From NCBI RefSeq assembly GCF_902713615.1, contig NC_052158.1:48075159-48139158 (forward strand): 64,000 nt of DNA. The letters are read 5' to 3'. Each line of letters begins with the position of its first letter. Positions within the stretch are counted from its first letter, which is position 1. Positions 38,575-51,512 of the stretch are shown here, in pieces. A program made the position numbers and the translations under genes. The DNA comes from Scyliorhinus canicula (taxonomy: Eukaryota). The notes under the pieces were generated by a model that was not told the origin of the DNA, did no database searches, and saw only the letters and a list, made by a program, of their open reading frames with translations.

Positions 38575-41500
38575 ACTCCTTCCTCCAGCTCCGGGCTTTC
38601 TCCGCATTCGCCACCCAGTAATAGTGCAACAGATTCGGAAAAGCCAAGCCTTCCCTACTGCCGCCCTCTTGGAAGCATCACCTTCCTTATCCTCCCCACA
38701 CAAACAACGAGATCAGTCTGTCCACTCCTCGAAAAAATGTCTTTGGCAAAAAGCCCGATAGACACTGGACCAGAAACAGAAACCGTGGCAAAATAACTTA
38801 CACCCCCAAGTACCTAAAATGAGGTGTCGCCACCCTAAATGGGAACACTTCCACTCTAGCCCCTCCACCCGAAGGAGACACAACAAAATACTCACTCTTC
38901 CCTAAATTCAACTTATACCTCGGAATTTTCCCAGCAATTCCATTATGTCGCTCACCGAAGAGCCCGGGTCCGTCATACACAGCAGTAGGTTATCTGCGTA
39001 CAGAGACACCCTATGCTCCAACCTTCCTCACTATCCCGCTCCATAAGCCGAAAGCCCTCAGCCCAATCGCCTAGGACTTAAGCGGTAATGCGAACAAGAG
39101 GGGAGACATGTGACACCTCTGTCTCGTTCTCCGGAATAGCGGGAAGAATTCGACTGCATCTCATTCATCTGCACACAAACCGTCGGATCCTTCTATAGTA
39201 ATTTAACACAGACACAAACTTAGGCCCAATCCAAAACTTCTCCAGTACACAATAGATATCTCTAGATATAGATAGAGGACACCCGTCCTTCACCGCCAGC
39301 TCCATTGCCAGTATCTTCGCATCCACATTCAGTGGAGAAATCGGCCCATAAGACCAGCACTCAACTAGGTCCTTATCATTTTCCAGGAACAATGTAATAA
39401 ATGCCTGCCTCATAGTTTCAGGTAGCCCCACCTTTTGCCAACGCATCCTCAAACATTTTCACCATCAGCGTTGCCAGCTTGTCCTTAAACCTTTTATAAA
39501 ACTCTACAGGGAACCTTTCCGGCCCTTACGTGGCTGCATCTTCCCTGTCGCTACCTTCCCTTCCTCCAGCCCTAATGCCTCCTCTAACCCAGCCCTATCC
39601 ACCTCTCCCACCTCTGTCCACACCAGGCCCTCCAAAAACTCCCTCATCCTCAACTCATCCTCCGGCGGCTCCAACTTGTATAACCCCCTATAAAAATCTT
39701 CAAACACCCTGTTCACCTGCTCCGGAGCCACCACCACCCCTCCTGTCCCATTCTGAATCCGTACCACTGCTGCCTGCCAAATGAGCTGGCCAAACAGCAA
39801 CAGACTGGCCTTCTCACCATACTCATACACAACCCCCTCCGTGCTCGCCTCAACTGCCAAGCCACCATCCCCATAGATATGCAGTCAAAATTCACCTGCA
39901 TCTTCTTCCTCCTCACCAATAGCCCCGGCTCCAGATCCTTCGCATACCTTCTGACCACTTCCAAAATCTTTTTTCCTTTTTTTAAATAAATTTAGAGTAC
40001 CCAATTCATTTTTTCCAATTAAGGGCAATTTAGCGTGTTCAATCCACCTAGCCTGCACATCTTTGGGTTGTGGGAGCGAAACCCACGCAAACAGTGGGAG
40101 AATGTGCAAACTCCACATGGACAGTAACCCAGAGCCAGGATCGAACCTGGGACCTCAGTGCCATGAGGCAGCAATGCTATTCACTGCGCCACCATGCTGC
40201 CCTTGCCTCCAAAGTTTCCTCTATCAGCCCTGGCCGTTTCCTCTGCACATCCCTATCCCTTTGCCTTAAATGTGATGACCTCCACCTTCACTACCGCCTT
40301 CAATGCCTCCCAAACCACCGACACAAGACCCTATTTCGATTAAACTCCACTATCCTCATCTTGATGCAAAAGTTTGAGTCTGCCAACACAGCGTTTCACA
40401 GTGACGTCATTGAGTGTTAATGTAAAGATTATTGTTTTTATTACATTCAGCCTCCACACCGGCCTCTGTGCTGGTCCTTTCTCCAGGACCACATCCACCC
40501 AGTGGCGCATGATCCAATATCACGATCACCGACTATTCCGCCTTCTTTACCCCCGCCAGCAACACCTTCCCTACCACAAAAAAGTTGATCCTTATGTACA
40601 TCTTGTGAATCGGGCAGAAAAACAAATGCTTCTTGTCCCATGGGTGCAGAAATATCCACGAATCCACCCCTCCCATCTGCTTCATAAACAACCCCCCCCA
40701 ACACCTTTGCCCCCGCCAAGTGGGCCAACGAGCGCAGCCGAGACCTATCTGTCTTCAGGTCAAGCACCATATCCCATCCCCTCCCATTATCAGCTGGTGA
40801 GTGTCCAGATCCAGTATGGCTGCTAACATCCTCATCACAAACTCAGAATCATCCCAGTTAGGGGCATACACATAGACCAACCCCACCAACCTCCCCATCA
40901 CTATCACGTACCTGCCCCTTAATCCACAACCACCTTCTCCATTTGGTACCTCACCCGCTTACCCACCAATATAGCCACTCCTGCGCCCTACTCTGGAAGC
41001 CAGAACGGAACACCTGGCTCACCAGCCCATCCTCAGTCTCATCTGGTCCTTTACCCTCATGTGGACCTCCTGTAATAGCACCACATCTGTTTTCAGGCCC
41101 TTCAGATGCGATAAAACTCGCCCTCTCTTCACCGGTCCACCTAACCTCGTTCCATGGCACCATTCTGATCAGGGGTCTCTCAACCAACCCCCACCCGAAC
41201 CCCTCCTCTTCCTACTTGCCATGACCATCCTTCCAGCCCCCGCCTATTAAGCAGGACCCAATCCCGGCCCTAGTCACTGCTGCCTCTCCTTACCCCCCTC
41301 CTTCCCAGCAAGCTCGCCGCCACTTTCTCTTGAAAACACCAGTGTCGGGCCCATCCTTCTGCAATTCATACATCCCGGTCCCATCGAAACCTGCCCATAA
41401 AGGTACCAACAGCCCCTGCCCTTGCTCACCTCGCTTCTGTTCACTAGCCAACATTGTGTATGCTAGCGCAATGGTCCCTGCAAGTGCGTCCGCCCCACAT

Positions 41501-42791
41501 CAAAAACAAAACTCCACCAACCACAATGACCCCCTTCACACCTCCAATCACCGTTATATAAAAAAAACAAAGTTATCCATGACACCCATACAAGAAATAA
41601 ACACAACACAAAAAAAGAAAGCAAAAACTCAGCCAAAAAGCTTCAAAAGTCCAAGCTCAGTCCAATACCAGGCCTTCTGCCTTCACAAACATCTCCACCA
41701 CCATCCCAAAATAATAGTATCTTCCGTTGTGCGAAACCCTAAGCTTCGCTGGGTAGACCATACCAGACCACATGTGTGCTTATACAATGCCACCTTAGGC
41801 CGCTCGCCTCCTTACCAGCTCTGTCAACATGTCCTTGTGTATACATATACCCTTGTCTTCCCACTCCACCCTGTGTCTCTGCTTCGCCCTCCTCAGTACT
41901 CTCTCCGTCACCTAAAAATTATATAAACAGCCGATCACCGCTCTCAATCATCCTCAGTTTCGGCCGGAGCAATCGGTGGGCCCTGTGCAATCCATGCTGG
42001 AAGTGCTCCTCTCCCTCCCCCATCAGCTTTGCCATCATATCGGTAAAGTGTTCAGTCGGCTTCTGGCCCTCCACCCATTCAGACACACCCACGATCCTCA
42101 GGTTATGCCTTTGCGACATGTTCACCAGGTCTTCTACCTTGACTCTCAGCCCTCTGTTGATCTCTGCCACCCTCCACAGCTCCTCATCAACCAAGGTGAA
42201 ATGGTCACTATGCCGTGACAAGGCCACCTCCAACCCTTTCATTTCCCCCCCCTGTTCCTCCCCCCGTAATATTGTCAAAGTTCTCACCAATTCCTCTCTC
42301 ACCGGCGCAAGGGTCTCTCCCACCCACACCTTAAGCAAGGCCATCATCACCATCTGATGCTTTTCTAAATGCCTTGAGAACCTCTTTTTGAACACCCCAG
42401 TCATCACCTACATCTTCTGCACCGTGATGTGCTCTCTCCTGCCATCTTTTCTCCTGCTTCCATAAGACCATAAGATATAGGAGCAGAATTAGGCCACTTG
42501 GCCCATCGAGTCTGCTCCGCCATTCAATCATGGCTGATATTTTCTCATCCCCATTCTCCTGCCTTCTGCCCATAACCCCTAATCTTCTTATTAGTCAGCC
42601 CTCACCACAGTTGACGGCGGATTTTGCTCGCTGCCTTCTCCCTTGGATTCTTCTTGCCGGTTTTTGACATTCTGTCAACCCCCAAACCTTCTCAGAGCTC
42701 CTCACGAACAAATCTTCACCAAAAACTGGGCTAAAAAAGCCATTAATGACAGCTCCAGCAGGAGCCACCTACACGCCACAACCAGAAGCCC
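38575..42791 (-). mobile_element. L1-clade LINE with 5' UTR, ORF1 and broken ORF2 (SINE ~39968-40202; CR1 tail ~42460-42600)
   Basis: ORF1 VEDLVNMSQRHNLRIVGV...HRAHR; endonuclease start near 41165; RT motifs YEYGEKA, PISPLNVDAKILA, SLYADNLL, FRYLGV. Confidence 0.88.
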
Positions 42792-43622
42792 CATATTTTA
42801 TTATTATTCTTATTCATAAAATTAATTGTGTTTAACTTTACAAACCTGGTAATTGTAGTTATTGGGAAGCTAAGGGCCAAAGACCGCAGGTGTTTTCTAA
42901 GAGTTATTTATTAATTTCAATTGTGTTGCGATTCTGGGTCAAGTGGGGCTGGAATTAATTGCGCACTAGCACAGGGAGTCATAACAGTGAAGAAATTACC
43001 CTGTAGATGTTTACACACTGCATTGAAGTCAATCAGGTCACAATGTATCATCCTTAAATAAACTGCTTTAATTGGTCACACACAATTTTGAAAATCGTTT
43101 GCTTTAGTAAAACTCATTGACAAATATGCAACAACCACAAATGTATAAGTTGTCGCCAAGAGTTTAATGTAGTTTGTGTTGATTTTATCAATGTAATCCA
43201 GCCGATATTGGCCATATCAGGAATTTTAACTGTAAGTTACATCAAGCATGAATTGATCTTTCACAATCTTTAACACTGGTTTATTAACCATCATCCGGGA
43301 ACCTGGTACCAACCACAGAATAATGAGAGGAAATTTTTAATGCCAATTACTGAAAGAGAAAGATAGTATAGCAGGGGGGAAAGTAAATGGCAGAAGGCAG
43401 CTTGGAGGAGAGAGAGAAGATTATAATAATAATAATCATCACTTATTGTCACAAGTAGGCTTCAATGAAGTTACTGTGAAAAGCCCCTTAAGATTAAGGA
43501 GGAAGGTGAACTCGGAAAGAGGACGAGGAGTAAAGAAGTTTGAAAGTGAACCTGGATAGGAACGGGGGAAAGTAAATTACTCCCTCTCTCCTGTACATGT
43601 GCTGATCCCACCATTGCACTTC

Positions 43623-46239
43623 TGATATGCCATCAATTAAGACGGAGAATGCAGAGTGAATTAACTATGGCTTTAATTGACTTACAACAGAGCTGGCAGC
43701 GTGCCCCAGAATGAGGCAGTGTGAGAGGTCGCAGCTTATATACCCAGGCCCTAGGGGGAAGAGCCACAGGCAGAGCCAAAACCGTATAACGTGTAATCTA
43801 GTAGCAATACTGTACAACACGTACTACTGTGGCAGCACAATACAACACAGTGGTTTCACCACGTTCACCCCATTTAAAAAAAAGTCCGGCGGGGGTGAAG
43901 TGAACAAGTTGCGTCAGAGATTGAGTCTGACGGAGGCTTTGATTGTCCACTGTGACCGCCTCAGTTCCGGCTGTGGTGTGGGTATCGAAGTCGGCTGAAG
44001 CGTTGAGACCTGCGTGTCCGTGAGCCAGACAGCTTCTGTGTTCTCAGGTGGGTGGGCAGCAACGGGGGAAGGGGGTATAGGGTCGGGTCGAGTAGCAGTG
44101 GAGAGGGGAGGAATAGAGTCGGTAGTGCCGGTGACTGTCGCTGGGGAGCCTGCGGGTACCAAATCCCAAAGGGAGACTGTGTCCTCCCGCCCGTCATGGT
44201 GAGCCACGTGGGCGTACTGGGGATCCGTATGGAGGAGAAGGACCCGCTTGACCAGACGATCCGACTTATGAGTCCTCACATGTCATTGGAGGAGGACGGG
44301 CCCTGGAACCGTCAGCCAGATCGGGAGCGAGATCCCTGAGGTGGACCTTCTGGGGAAGGCAAACATCCTCTTGTGGGGGGTCACATTAGTAGCGGTGCAG
44401 AGAAGCGACTGGAGCGCATTGGGAAGGACCTCCTGTCAGCAAGAGACTCGGAGACCTCTAGACCACAGGGCAAGAAGGACGGCTTTCCAGACCGTCGCGT
44501 TCTCCCTCTCCACCTGTCCGTTCCCCCGGGGATTGGAGCTGGTAGTCCTGCTTGAGGCGATGCCCTTGCTAAGCAGGAACTGACGCAGCTCATCATTCAT
44601 GAAGGAGGAACCCTGATCACTCTGGATGTAAGTAGGGAAACTGAACAAGGTAAAGACACTGCTCAGGGCCTTGATGACTGTGCCAGATGCCATGTCTGGG
44701 CATGGGATGGCGAAAGGGAAAGATGAGTACTCGTCCAGGATGTTGAGGAGGTACATGTTACGGTCAGTGGAGGGGAGGGGCCCTTTGAAATCAATGCTGA
44801 GGCGTTCAAAGGGGCGTGAGGCCTTTACCAGGCGTTGTTTGGCTGGCCGATAGAAGTGCGGTTTGCACTCCGCGCAGACCTGGCAGTCCTTGGTCATGGT
44901 CCTGACCTCCTCGATGGAGTTAGGGAAGGTTGCAGGCCTTGATATAATGGAAAAGCCAGGTCACCCCCCGGATGACAGAGGTCATTGTGGAGGGCCCGCA
45001 GTTGGTCTACTTGTGCGCTGGCACAAGTATCGCGGGAAAAGGCATCTGGGGACTCATTAAGCTTCCCAGGACGATACTGAATATCATAGTTATAGGTGGA
45101 GAGTTCGATCCTCCACCTCAATATCTTATCGTTCTTGATCTTGCCCCGCTGTGTGTCACTGAACATGATGGCAACCGACCGTTGGTCAGTGAGGAGAGTG
45201 AATCGCCTGCCGGCCAGGTAATGCCTTCAATATCGCACAGCTTCTACGATGGCTTTGGCTTCATTTTCAACTGAGGAGTGTCGAATTTCGGAAGCCTGGA
45301 GGGTACGGGAGAAGAAAGCCATGGGCCTCTACCTGGAACGGGATGGATTCATCCACAGCATGCATCGTGGCTTTGGCAATATCCGCCTTGATACGGTCGT
45401 AGGCCAGGCGAGCCTCAGCCGTCAGGGGAAAAACGGTGGATTTGATGAGTGGGCGGGCCTAGTACGAAAAGAACCCCAGGCATCTCTTCAGGGTCTTGGG
45501 GCAGTTGGGGGGTGGGGGGAGAGTTGCAGGAAGGGGCGCATGCGGTCGGGGTCGGGCCCTAGGACTCCATTTTCCATGACGTAGCCAAGGGTGGCTAGTC
45601 GGGTTGTGTGGAAAACGCATTTCTCCTTATATGTCAGATTAAGGAACTGGGCAGCGTGGAGGAATTTCTTGAGGTTAGCGTCGTGGTCCTGCTGATCATG
45701 GCCGCAGATGGTGACATTATTTAGATACGGGAATGTGGCCTGCAGCCTGTACTGGTCAACCATTCGGTCCGTCACTCACTGGAAGACCAAGACCCCATTA
45801 GTGACGCCGAAGGGAACCCGGAGAAAGTGGTAGAAGCCAGCTGCCTCCAAGGCAGTGTAAAGGTGGTCCTCCGGGCGGATAGGGAGCTGATGGTACGCGG
45901 ACTTCAGGTCCACGGTGGAGAAGACCCGGTACTGCGCAATCTGATTGACCATGTCAGATATGCGTGGGAGGGGGTACGCATCGAGCTGCGTGTAACGGTT
46001 GATGGTCTGACTGTAGTCGATGACCATCCGATGCTTCTCCCCAGTCTTGACGACCACCACTTGAGCTCTCCAGGGGCAGTTACTGGCCTCTATGATCCCT
46101 TCCCGCAGGAGCCGCTGAACCTCCGACCTGATGAAGGTCATGTCCTGAGCACTGTTGTCTGCTCTTAGTGGCGACGGGCTTCCAGTCTGGGGTGAGGTTG
46201 GCGAAGAGCGAGGGAGGGCAGCACAGTGGTTTCACCAGA
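43623..46239 (-). mobile_element. Gypsy element with intact termini, 5-bp TSD ACTTC, RT-RH-IN and 3' LTR 43623-43862; gag, protease and nearly all of the 5' LTR deleted
   Basis: RT RMVIDYSQTINR...DLKSAYHQ; integrase IDFKGPLP...SDQG...GQVERENA; TSD at 43618-43622 and 46240-46244. Confidence 0.92.
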
Positions 46240-47373
46240 ACTTCATCACTTCCTTGGATGTTGTGAATCTTCCTCTTCTGATCTGCTGTCAAACACATCC
46301 AAGGCTACACATCCCACACTGATGGTGTCAGTTTGAAACCCTCCGAGGATGAAGAATGCTATTCCCACACTAGAAATCTCTGTCAAACGTTTACCAGGGG
46401 AACTGAGACAGCAGCTGCAATAAGTGAGGTTTTATTCAGATGGGACAATGACAAGTTTAAATTCCCACCTGAGCTGCTGCTCAAAGTCGCTCCGTTTCCC
46501 CGGTCAGTTTCCCAAACTTCAGGAAACTCCTGTTACTGCAGAAATATTTGGATTGTCTGTGAGAGACGTCAATCAGAGAGCCCACCCACTCTGCCCATTC
46601 TCTCCTCTTCCTCTACCACAGCTGCTTCACTTCCTGTAGGGACTCAAAACCAAGTCAGGAAATGGTGAGTGAAGGAGCAGAATTTACAATCATTACATTG
46701 CACAATATCCACACTAATGTTCAGGCAGTCTGACTATCCTGTGGGCAATCAGCTGTGGAAATGCCCCTTATGCTGTGTGAGAAGATCCAGCTCACAGACC
46801 TGTTTACTCGGTGCTTTGTGCTGAGCTGTTTGATTGGCTGTGTGTTGGATATTGAGGGTGTTTATTGGAAGCATTTCCCTTCTGATTTACAGACTGAGTT
46901 TTGTTGATGGGTCATTGCTGAATATGAGATGGTGAGGTGGAATTATCTGGGAGGGACAGAGACACATTTATTCAAATGTATTTTACTGTCTTCTTTAAAG
47001 ATTTTACCTGGAGGCCTCAGCCTTTCCCAGAAGCCTGGGCTTGGATTTGATAGTTTTGCCCAGTGCTGTGTCTGAGAGCTGAATTTGGGATGTGCAGTCT
47101 GAGTGAGTGCAGTGTATCTTAATTTCCCAGGATAAACCAGAACCCTTCAATCAGCGACACTGAAGCAATATTTTCCTTGGCCTCCAACACTTCCTGCCCA
47201 ATGTGTTTTCTTCAAAATAATTTGGGAAACAAGAGGAGAAATCTCAAGATCTCCATTGAATTAACATTTCTCCTGAGTTTTTATATTAACCGATATTGGA
47301 AGGGTAAAACTGGTCTTTGCCAGCACAACACAAGCCCATAGTAAACGGATTTCCTGTTTATACTCCACTTGAG

Positions 47374-47749
47374 TGTCATAATATACACACAGGTATATGA
47401 TGGTGCACAGACAGGCAGTGATGGACACACAGGATGACCAGTGAACACACAGAACACAGCAGCCAATCACCAGACAGGACACAGCCACTATAAAGCCAGA
47501 GGGCACTAGTTTTCCCGCTCTCTTGGGATCCAGCATCTGAGACAGTCAGAGCCTGTGAGCAGCAACTAGAACACACACCATGTGGTAGTAAGATAGTCTG
47601 GTCAGGTCAGCCCTCAGGTCTCCAGTCAAGTCAGCATAGTATCAACCCACAGTTAAAAGCGAGTTGCATTTCTTCAAGTGTTGGAAGCCTGTCTCTCTCA
47701 CAACTGCAGTAAACACAGTCCTCGCAGACCCAACTTACCCAACACATCA
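47374..47749 (+). mobile_element. Solo LTR in the ZNF C intron
   Basis: TG...CA termini, TATAAA ~47489, absent from paralogous introns. Confidence 0.7.
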
Positions 47750-48444
47750 CTGATTATTGTTTCCATTGCTCTCACTGCCTGGGAAGATGGGAACTGGGTG
47801 GAGGACAGAAAGTAGCCACATTGTCTGGTGCTGTTCACAGTGCCCCTGCTGGAAACAGGGTGTGTGACAGTCAATTGAGGGAAAAGTGTATCTGATCCCC
47901 AGACAGAGGAATAGCATACTGACACTCACTGTGGAACTAACTGAGGAGTCAGCCTGTTCAGCAATGGGGGGAGGGAGTTGGCGGAAATCATATTTCATTT
48001 TCCTGTTTTACAGAAGGATTGCACCGTACTATACCAGAGAATACAGAGAGGATAAACACCACAGAAACACCATCACCCAAGGAACAAATGCACAACTGTG
48101 AGAAGACAGCCAGTCTCTTCACAGCATTGCTCAATACAGAGAAGGTTGGATAGTGAAACCATCATCTGGTAATCGGTTAGGTCGGAGAGCTTTGACATAT
48201 CATCCGATCTGAAACTGGTCAGTGGTGTGGAATCTTCCATTAGAACCAACATTTCTGAAGATTCAGTTGCGGTTAATCGATCAGGGTGAGGATGGGAAGA
48301 AGTGAGTGGTGAGAGCTTCAATCATTGACCAAGTCTCATGAAACAATGACTCATTCCTACAGTTGAGAGGCTGTTCAAGAGTGAGGTGTGTGAGGACGGC
48401 TCCACGGTCTCAGTTGTACCAGCTGTAACCACAGGGACAGCCAC

Positions 48445-49236
48445 ATGGATGAGAAACTGTTCAAGTGTGCGTTTTGTGACAAATCATTCACATCCTCATC
48501 CCACTTTCGGAACCACCAATTCACTCACACTGGAGAGAAACCGTTTACGTGTGAGGTTTGCAACAAATCATTCTCAGTGTCATCGCGTCTCCACAGACAC
48601 AAACGCATTCACACCGGGGAGAAGCCATTCCGCTGTGATGTGTGTGAGAAAGCTTTCACACAGTTATCGAACCTCCAGGTCCATCAGAGAGTCCACACAG
48701 GGGAGAAACCCTTCAAGTGTGAGTTTTGTGATAAAGCTTTCTCAACATCTACAGATTTCTTGATACACCAGAGCATTCACACAGGGGAGAATCCCTTCAG
48801 GTGTGAGTTGTGTGACCGAGCCTTCACACGTTCATCGGCACTAGTGCAACACCGACGCATTCACACTGGTGAGAAACCATTCACCTGTGAAGTGTGTAAG
48901 AAATCATTCTCCCAGTCATCAATCCTCCGTGAACACCAACGCATTCACACTGGGGAGAAACCATTCACCTGTGAAGTGTGCAAGAAATCATTCTCCCAGT
49001 CATCGAACCTCCGTGAACACCAGCGCATTCACACTGGGGAGAAACCGTTCACCTGTGAAGTGTGTAAGAAATCATTCTCCCATTCATCGAACCTTCATGA
49101 ACACCAACGCATTCACACTGGGGAGAAACCATTCACCTGTGAAGTATGTAAGAAATCATTCTCCCAGTCATCGAACCTCCGTGTCCACCAACGCATTCAC
49201 ACTGGGGAGAAAGCATTGAAGTGTAAGGTAAGGTAA
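48445..49236 (+). CDS. C2H2 zinc-finger protein, 9 fingers (unit C); unspliced form 263 aa
   Basis: ATG-initiated intact array; the tenth finger is interrupted by an insertion. Confidence 0.9.
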   Translation: MDEKLFKCAFCDKSFTSSSHFRNHQFTHTGEKPFTCEVCNKSFSVSSRLHRHKRIHTGEKPFRCDVCEKAFTQLSNLQVHQRVHTGEKPFKCEFCDKAFSTSTDFLIHQSIHTGENPFRCELCDRAFTRSSALVQHRRIHTGEKPFTCEVCKKSFSQSSILREHQRIHTGEKPFTCEVCKKSFSQSSNLREHQRIHTGEKPFTCEVCKKSFSHSSNLHEHQRIHTGEKPFTCEVCKKSFSQSSNLRVHQRIHTGEKALKCKVR

Positions 49237-49655
49237 AGTCTCCATAGTCCCAGATGACTGTAGGCTGCTTTCCCCTTTGATGGGGAGAGCTGACTGATGG
49301 TGATTTAAACTGAGGATTACCACATCTCAATCTCCCCTTGATGAGCAGCACTGGTTAGCACTGTTGCTTCACAGCTCCAGGGTCCCAGGTTCGATTCCCG
49401 GCTTGGATCACTGTGTGGAGTCAGAATGTTCTTCCAGTGTCTGCGTGGGTTTCCTCCCACAAATCCTGAAAGACGTGCTGTCAGGGAATTTGGAAATTTT
49501 GAATTCTCCCTCTGTGTACCCAAACAGACGGCAGAATGTGTTGACTAGGGGCTTTTCACAGTAACTTCATTGCAGTCTTAATGTAAGCCTACTTGTGACA
49601 ATAAAGATTATTATTATGGGCCAAATGACTTAATTCTGCTCCTACGTCTTATGGA
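49225..49655. mobile_element. Compound insertion in finger 10: retroposon 3' end with TAAGG-repeat tail, a SINE (49343-49616) and a CR1 tail
   Basis: The finger sequence AAGTG(T) resumes as AAGTGAGGTGTGTGAC at ~49660. Confidence 0.7.
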
Positions 49656-49659
49656 AGAC

Positions 49660-49930
49660 AAGTGAGGTGTGTGACTGAGCCTCATACAGTCAGCAATGCT
49701 CACGAAACACTGACACATCCACACTGAGGAAAAGATGTTTCAGTGTGAAGTGTGACAAAGTATTCTCAGTTAACATGGATGAGGATTTCAACAGTTGATG
49801 GACTAAAGTGGGGGTAATGGACTAATGCGCACATCAACACATTCACACAGGAGATAAACCATTCATGTGCGAGGTGTATGACAAATCATTCTCAAATTAT
49901 CAGACCTTCACAGACACATTCACACTGCGG
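49660..49930 (+). pseudogene. Fossil zinc fingers of unit C
   Basis: Degenerate HT(G/E)(E/D)K.F.CEV repeats. Confidence 0.75.
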
Positions 49931-50092
49931 CTCACCTGCCTCACTTACACTGAGAGTCATCTGTGCTGTTTACCTGCCAGTGCTCACACAAGGGAGCTGG
50001 CCTTCCAAAGCACTATCTGTCTCAGCAGTGTCTGTCTCCAACCTCTCCCACCATCTTTCCAATCGTTTCAAGACAGTCAATTTAATTTTTGA

Positions 50093-50892
50093 TGTGGCGA
50101 TGCCAGCGTTGGACTGGGGTGGGCACAGTAAGATGTCTTACAACACCAGGTTAAAGTCCAACAGGTTTTTTTTGAATCACTAGCTTTCGGAGCACTGCTC
50201 CTTCCTCAGGTAAGTGAAGAGTTGGGATCCAGAAACACATATATAGACAAAGTCAATGATGCAACATGATACTTTGAATACGAGTCTTTGCAGATAATTA
50301 AGTCTTTACAGGTCCAGGCGGATCGACTGGAGAGAGGGATAATCACAGGTTAAAGAGGTGTGAATTGTCTCAAGCCAGGACAGTTGGTAGGATTTTGCAA
50401 GCCCAGGCCAGATGGTAGGATTTTGCAAGCCCAGGCCAGATGGTGGGGGCGTGAATGTAATGAGACGTGAATCCACGGTTCCGGTTCAGGCCGTATTCAT
50501 GTGTGCGGAACATGGCTATCAGTTTGTGCTCGGCGATTCTGTGTTGTCGCTTTTGGTACATTGGTGAGACCATGCAGACGCTGCGACAACTAATGAATGG
50601 ACATCGCATGACAACCGCTAGACAGGAATGTTCCCTTCCAGTCGCGGAACACTTCAGCAGTCAAGGGCATTCAGTCTCTGATCTTCGGGTAAGCGTTCTC
50701 CAAGACGGCCTTCAGGACCTGGGAAGGCTTAATTACCTGCAAAGACTCACATTCAAAGTATCACCTTGCATCATTGAATTTATCTATATATGTGGTTGTG
50801 GAACCCACCTCTTCACTCACCTGAAGAAGGAGCTGCGCTCCGAAAGCTGGTGATTCAAAAGAAACCGGTTGGACTTTAACCTGGTGTTGTAA
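50093..50892. mobile_element. Penelope-like element fragment with inverted pLTR arrangement and 14-bp TSD
   Basis: GIY-YIG peptide WYIGETMQTLRQLMNGHR...PVAEHF; TSD AATTTAATTTTTGA at 50079-50092 and 50893-50906. Confidence 0.9.
50821..50856 (+). ncRNA. Minimal hammerhead-ribozyme motif in the Penelope pLTR (second copy 50174-50209, minus strand)
   Basis: CTGAAGA, GGAGC/GCTCC stem II, GAAA, short imperfect stem III, TC. Confidence 0.65.
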
Positions 50893-51273
50893 AATTTAAT
50901 TTTTGACCAGATCGCCAAACATCACCAAAAGTAGACATCAGTTTGTATAGAAGCTGCTGCTTATGCACAAGTTTTCCTGGACAAGAGAGAAATATGTGAA
51001 TATTAAATATATATATGTTAATTTTTGAAACGTGAAATCCTAGTTTTTGAGCTGAAAATACAGAAAGATCACATTATGTTTCTTTACTAATTTTATGAGG
51101 TTTTGTAAAATACAGTTATCTTGAAGATGGCTCTGACTTTGTCATAAGATTAATCCCTCAACCAGACGTTTTCCTGGGTGCAGACTGAAAACTGTCTCCA
51201 GCACTCGGAAAATGTGTCACAAGGCAGCACAGCAAAGTCTGGACAATGATTAATTTTTCATTTCTTCCTTTAG

Positions 51274-51421
51274 GCAAAGCTGGCCAATAGCGTCCAGGAG
51301 CGCTCGTTGACTGGAGAGCGGGTTCCATACAGCAAGGAACAGGAGGAGTTCACGAGGAAGCTGTTGGGCCTCTCCAACCCCACAATAACCAACGGTGGAT
51401 CAGCTATGGGAATGAGTAAAG
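51274..51421 (+). CDS. Phase-0 to phase-1 coding exon resembling the post-Myb segment of Harbinger Myb/SANT (NAIF1/MSANTD-like) proteins
   Basis: TTTCTTCCTTTAG| acceptor, AAG|GTAATG donor, open frame AKLANSVQERSLTGERVPYSKEQEEFTRKLLG. Confidence 0.65.
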
Positions 51422-51512
51422 GTAATGTCAGCAGCTTGTGTGTTTAAACCATCAGTAGGAGAGTTAATTTATGCGACTAAAGATAATAATTGTGACTTTC
51501 TTCCTGTGACAG

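Noticed and set aside
46333-46668. ORF KPSEDEECYSH... seen in three copies, as a candidate N-terminal ZNF effector domain
   Set aside because: It has a TTG start and a frameshift in copy C, and it cannot be joined in frame through the stop-containing 5' part of the finger exon.
51425-51512. ATG start of the 266-aa ORF
   Set aside because: It lies within a GT-AG intron (51422-51512) whose removal joins two open exons in phase.
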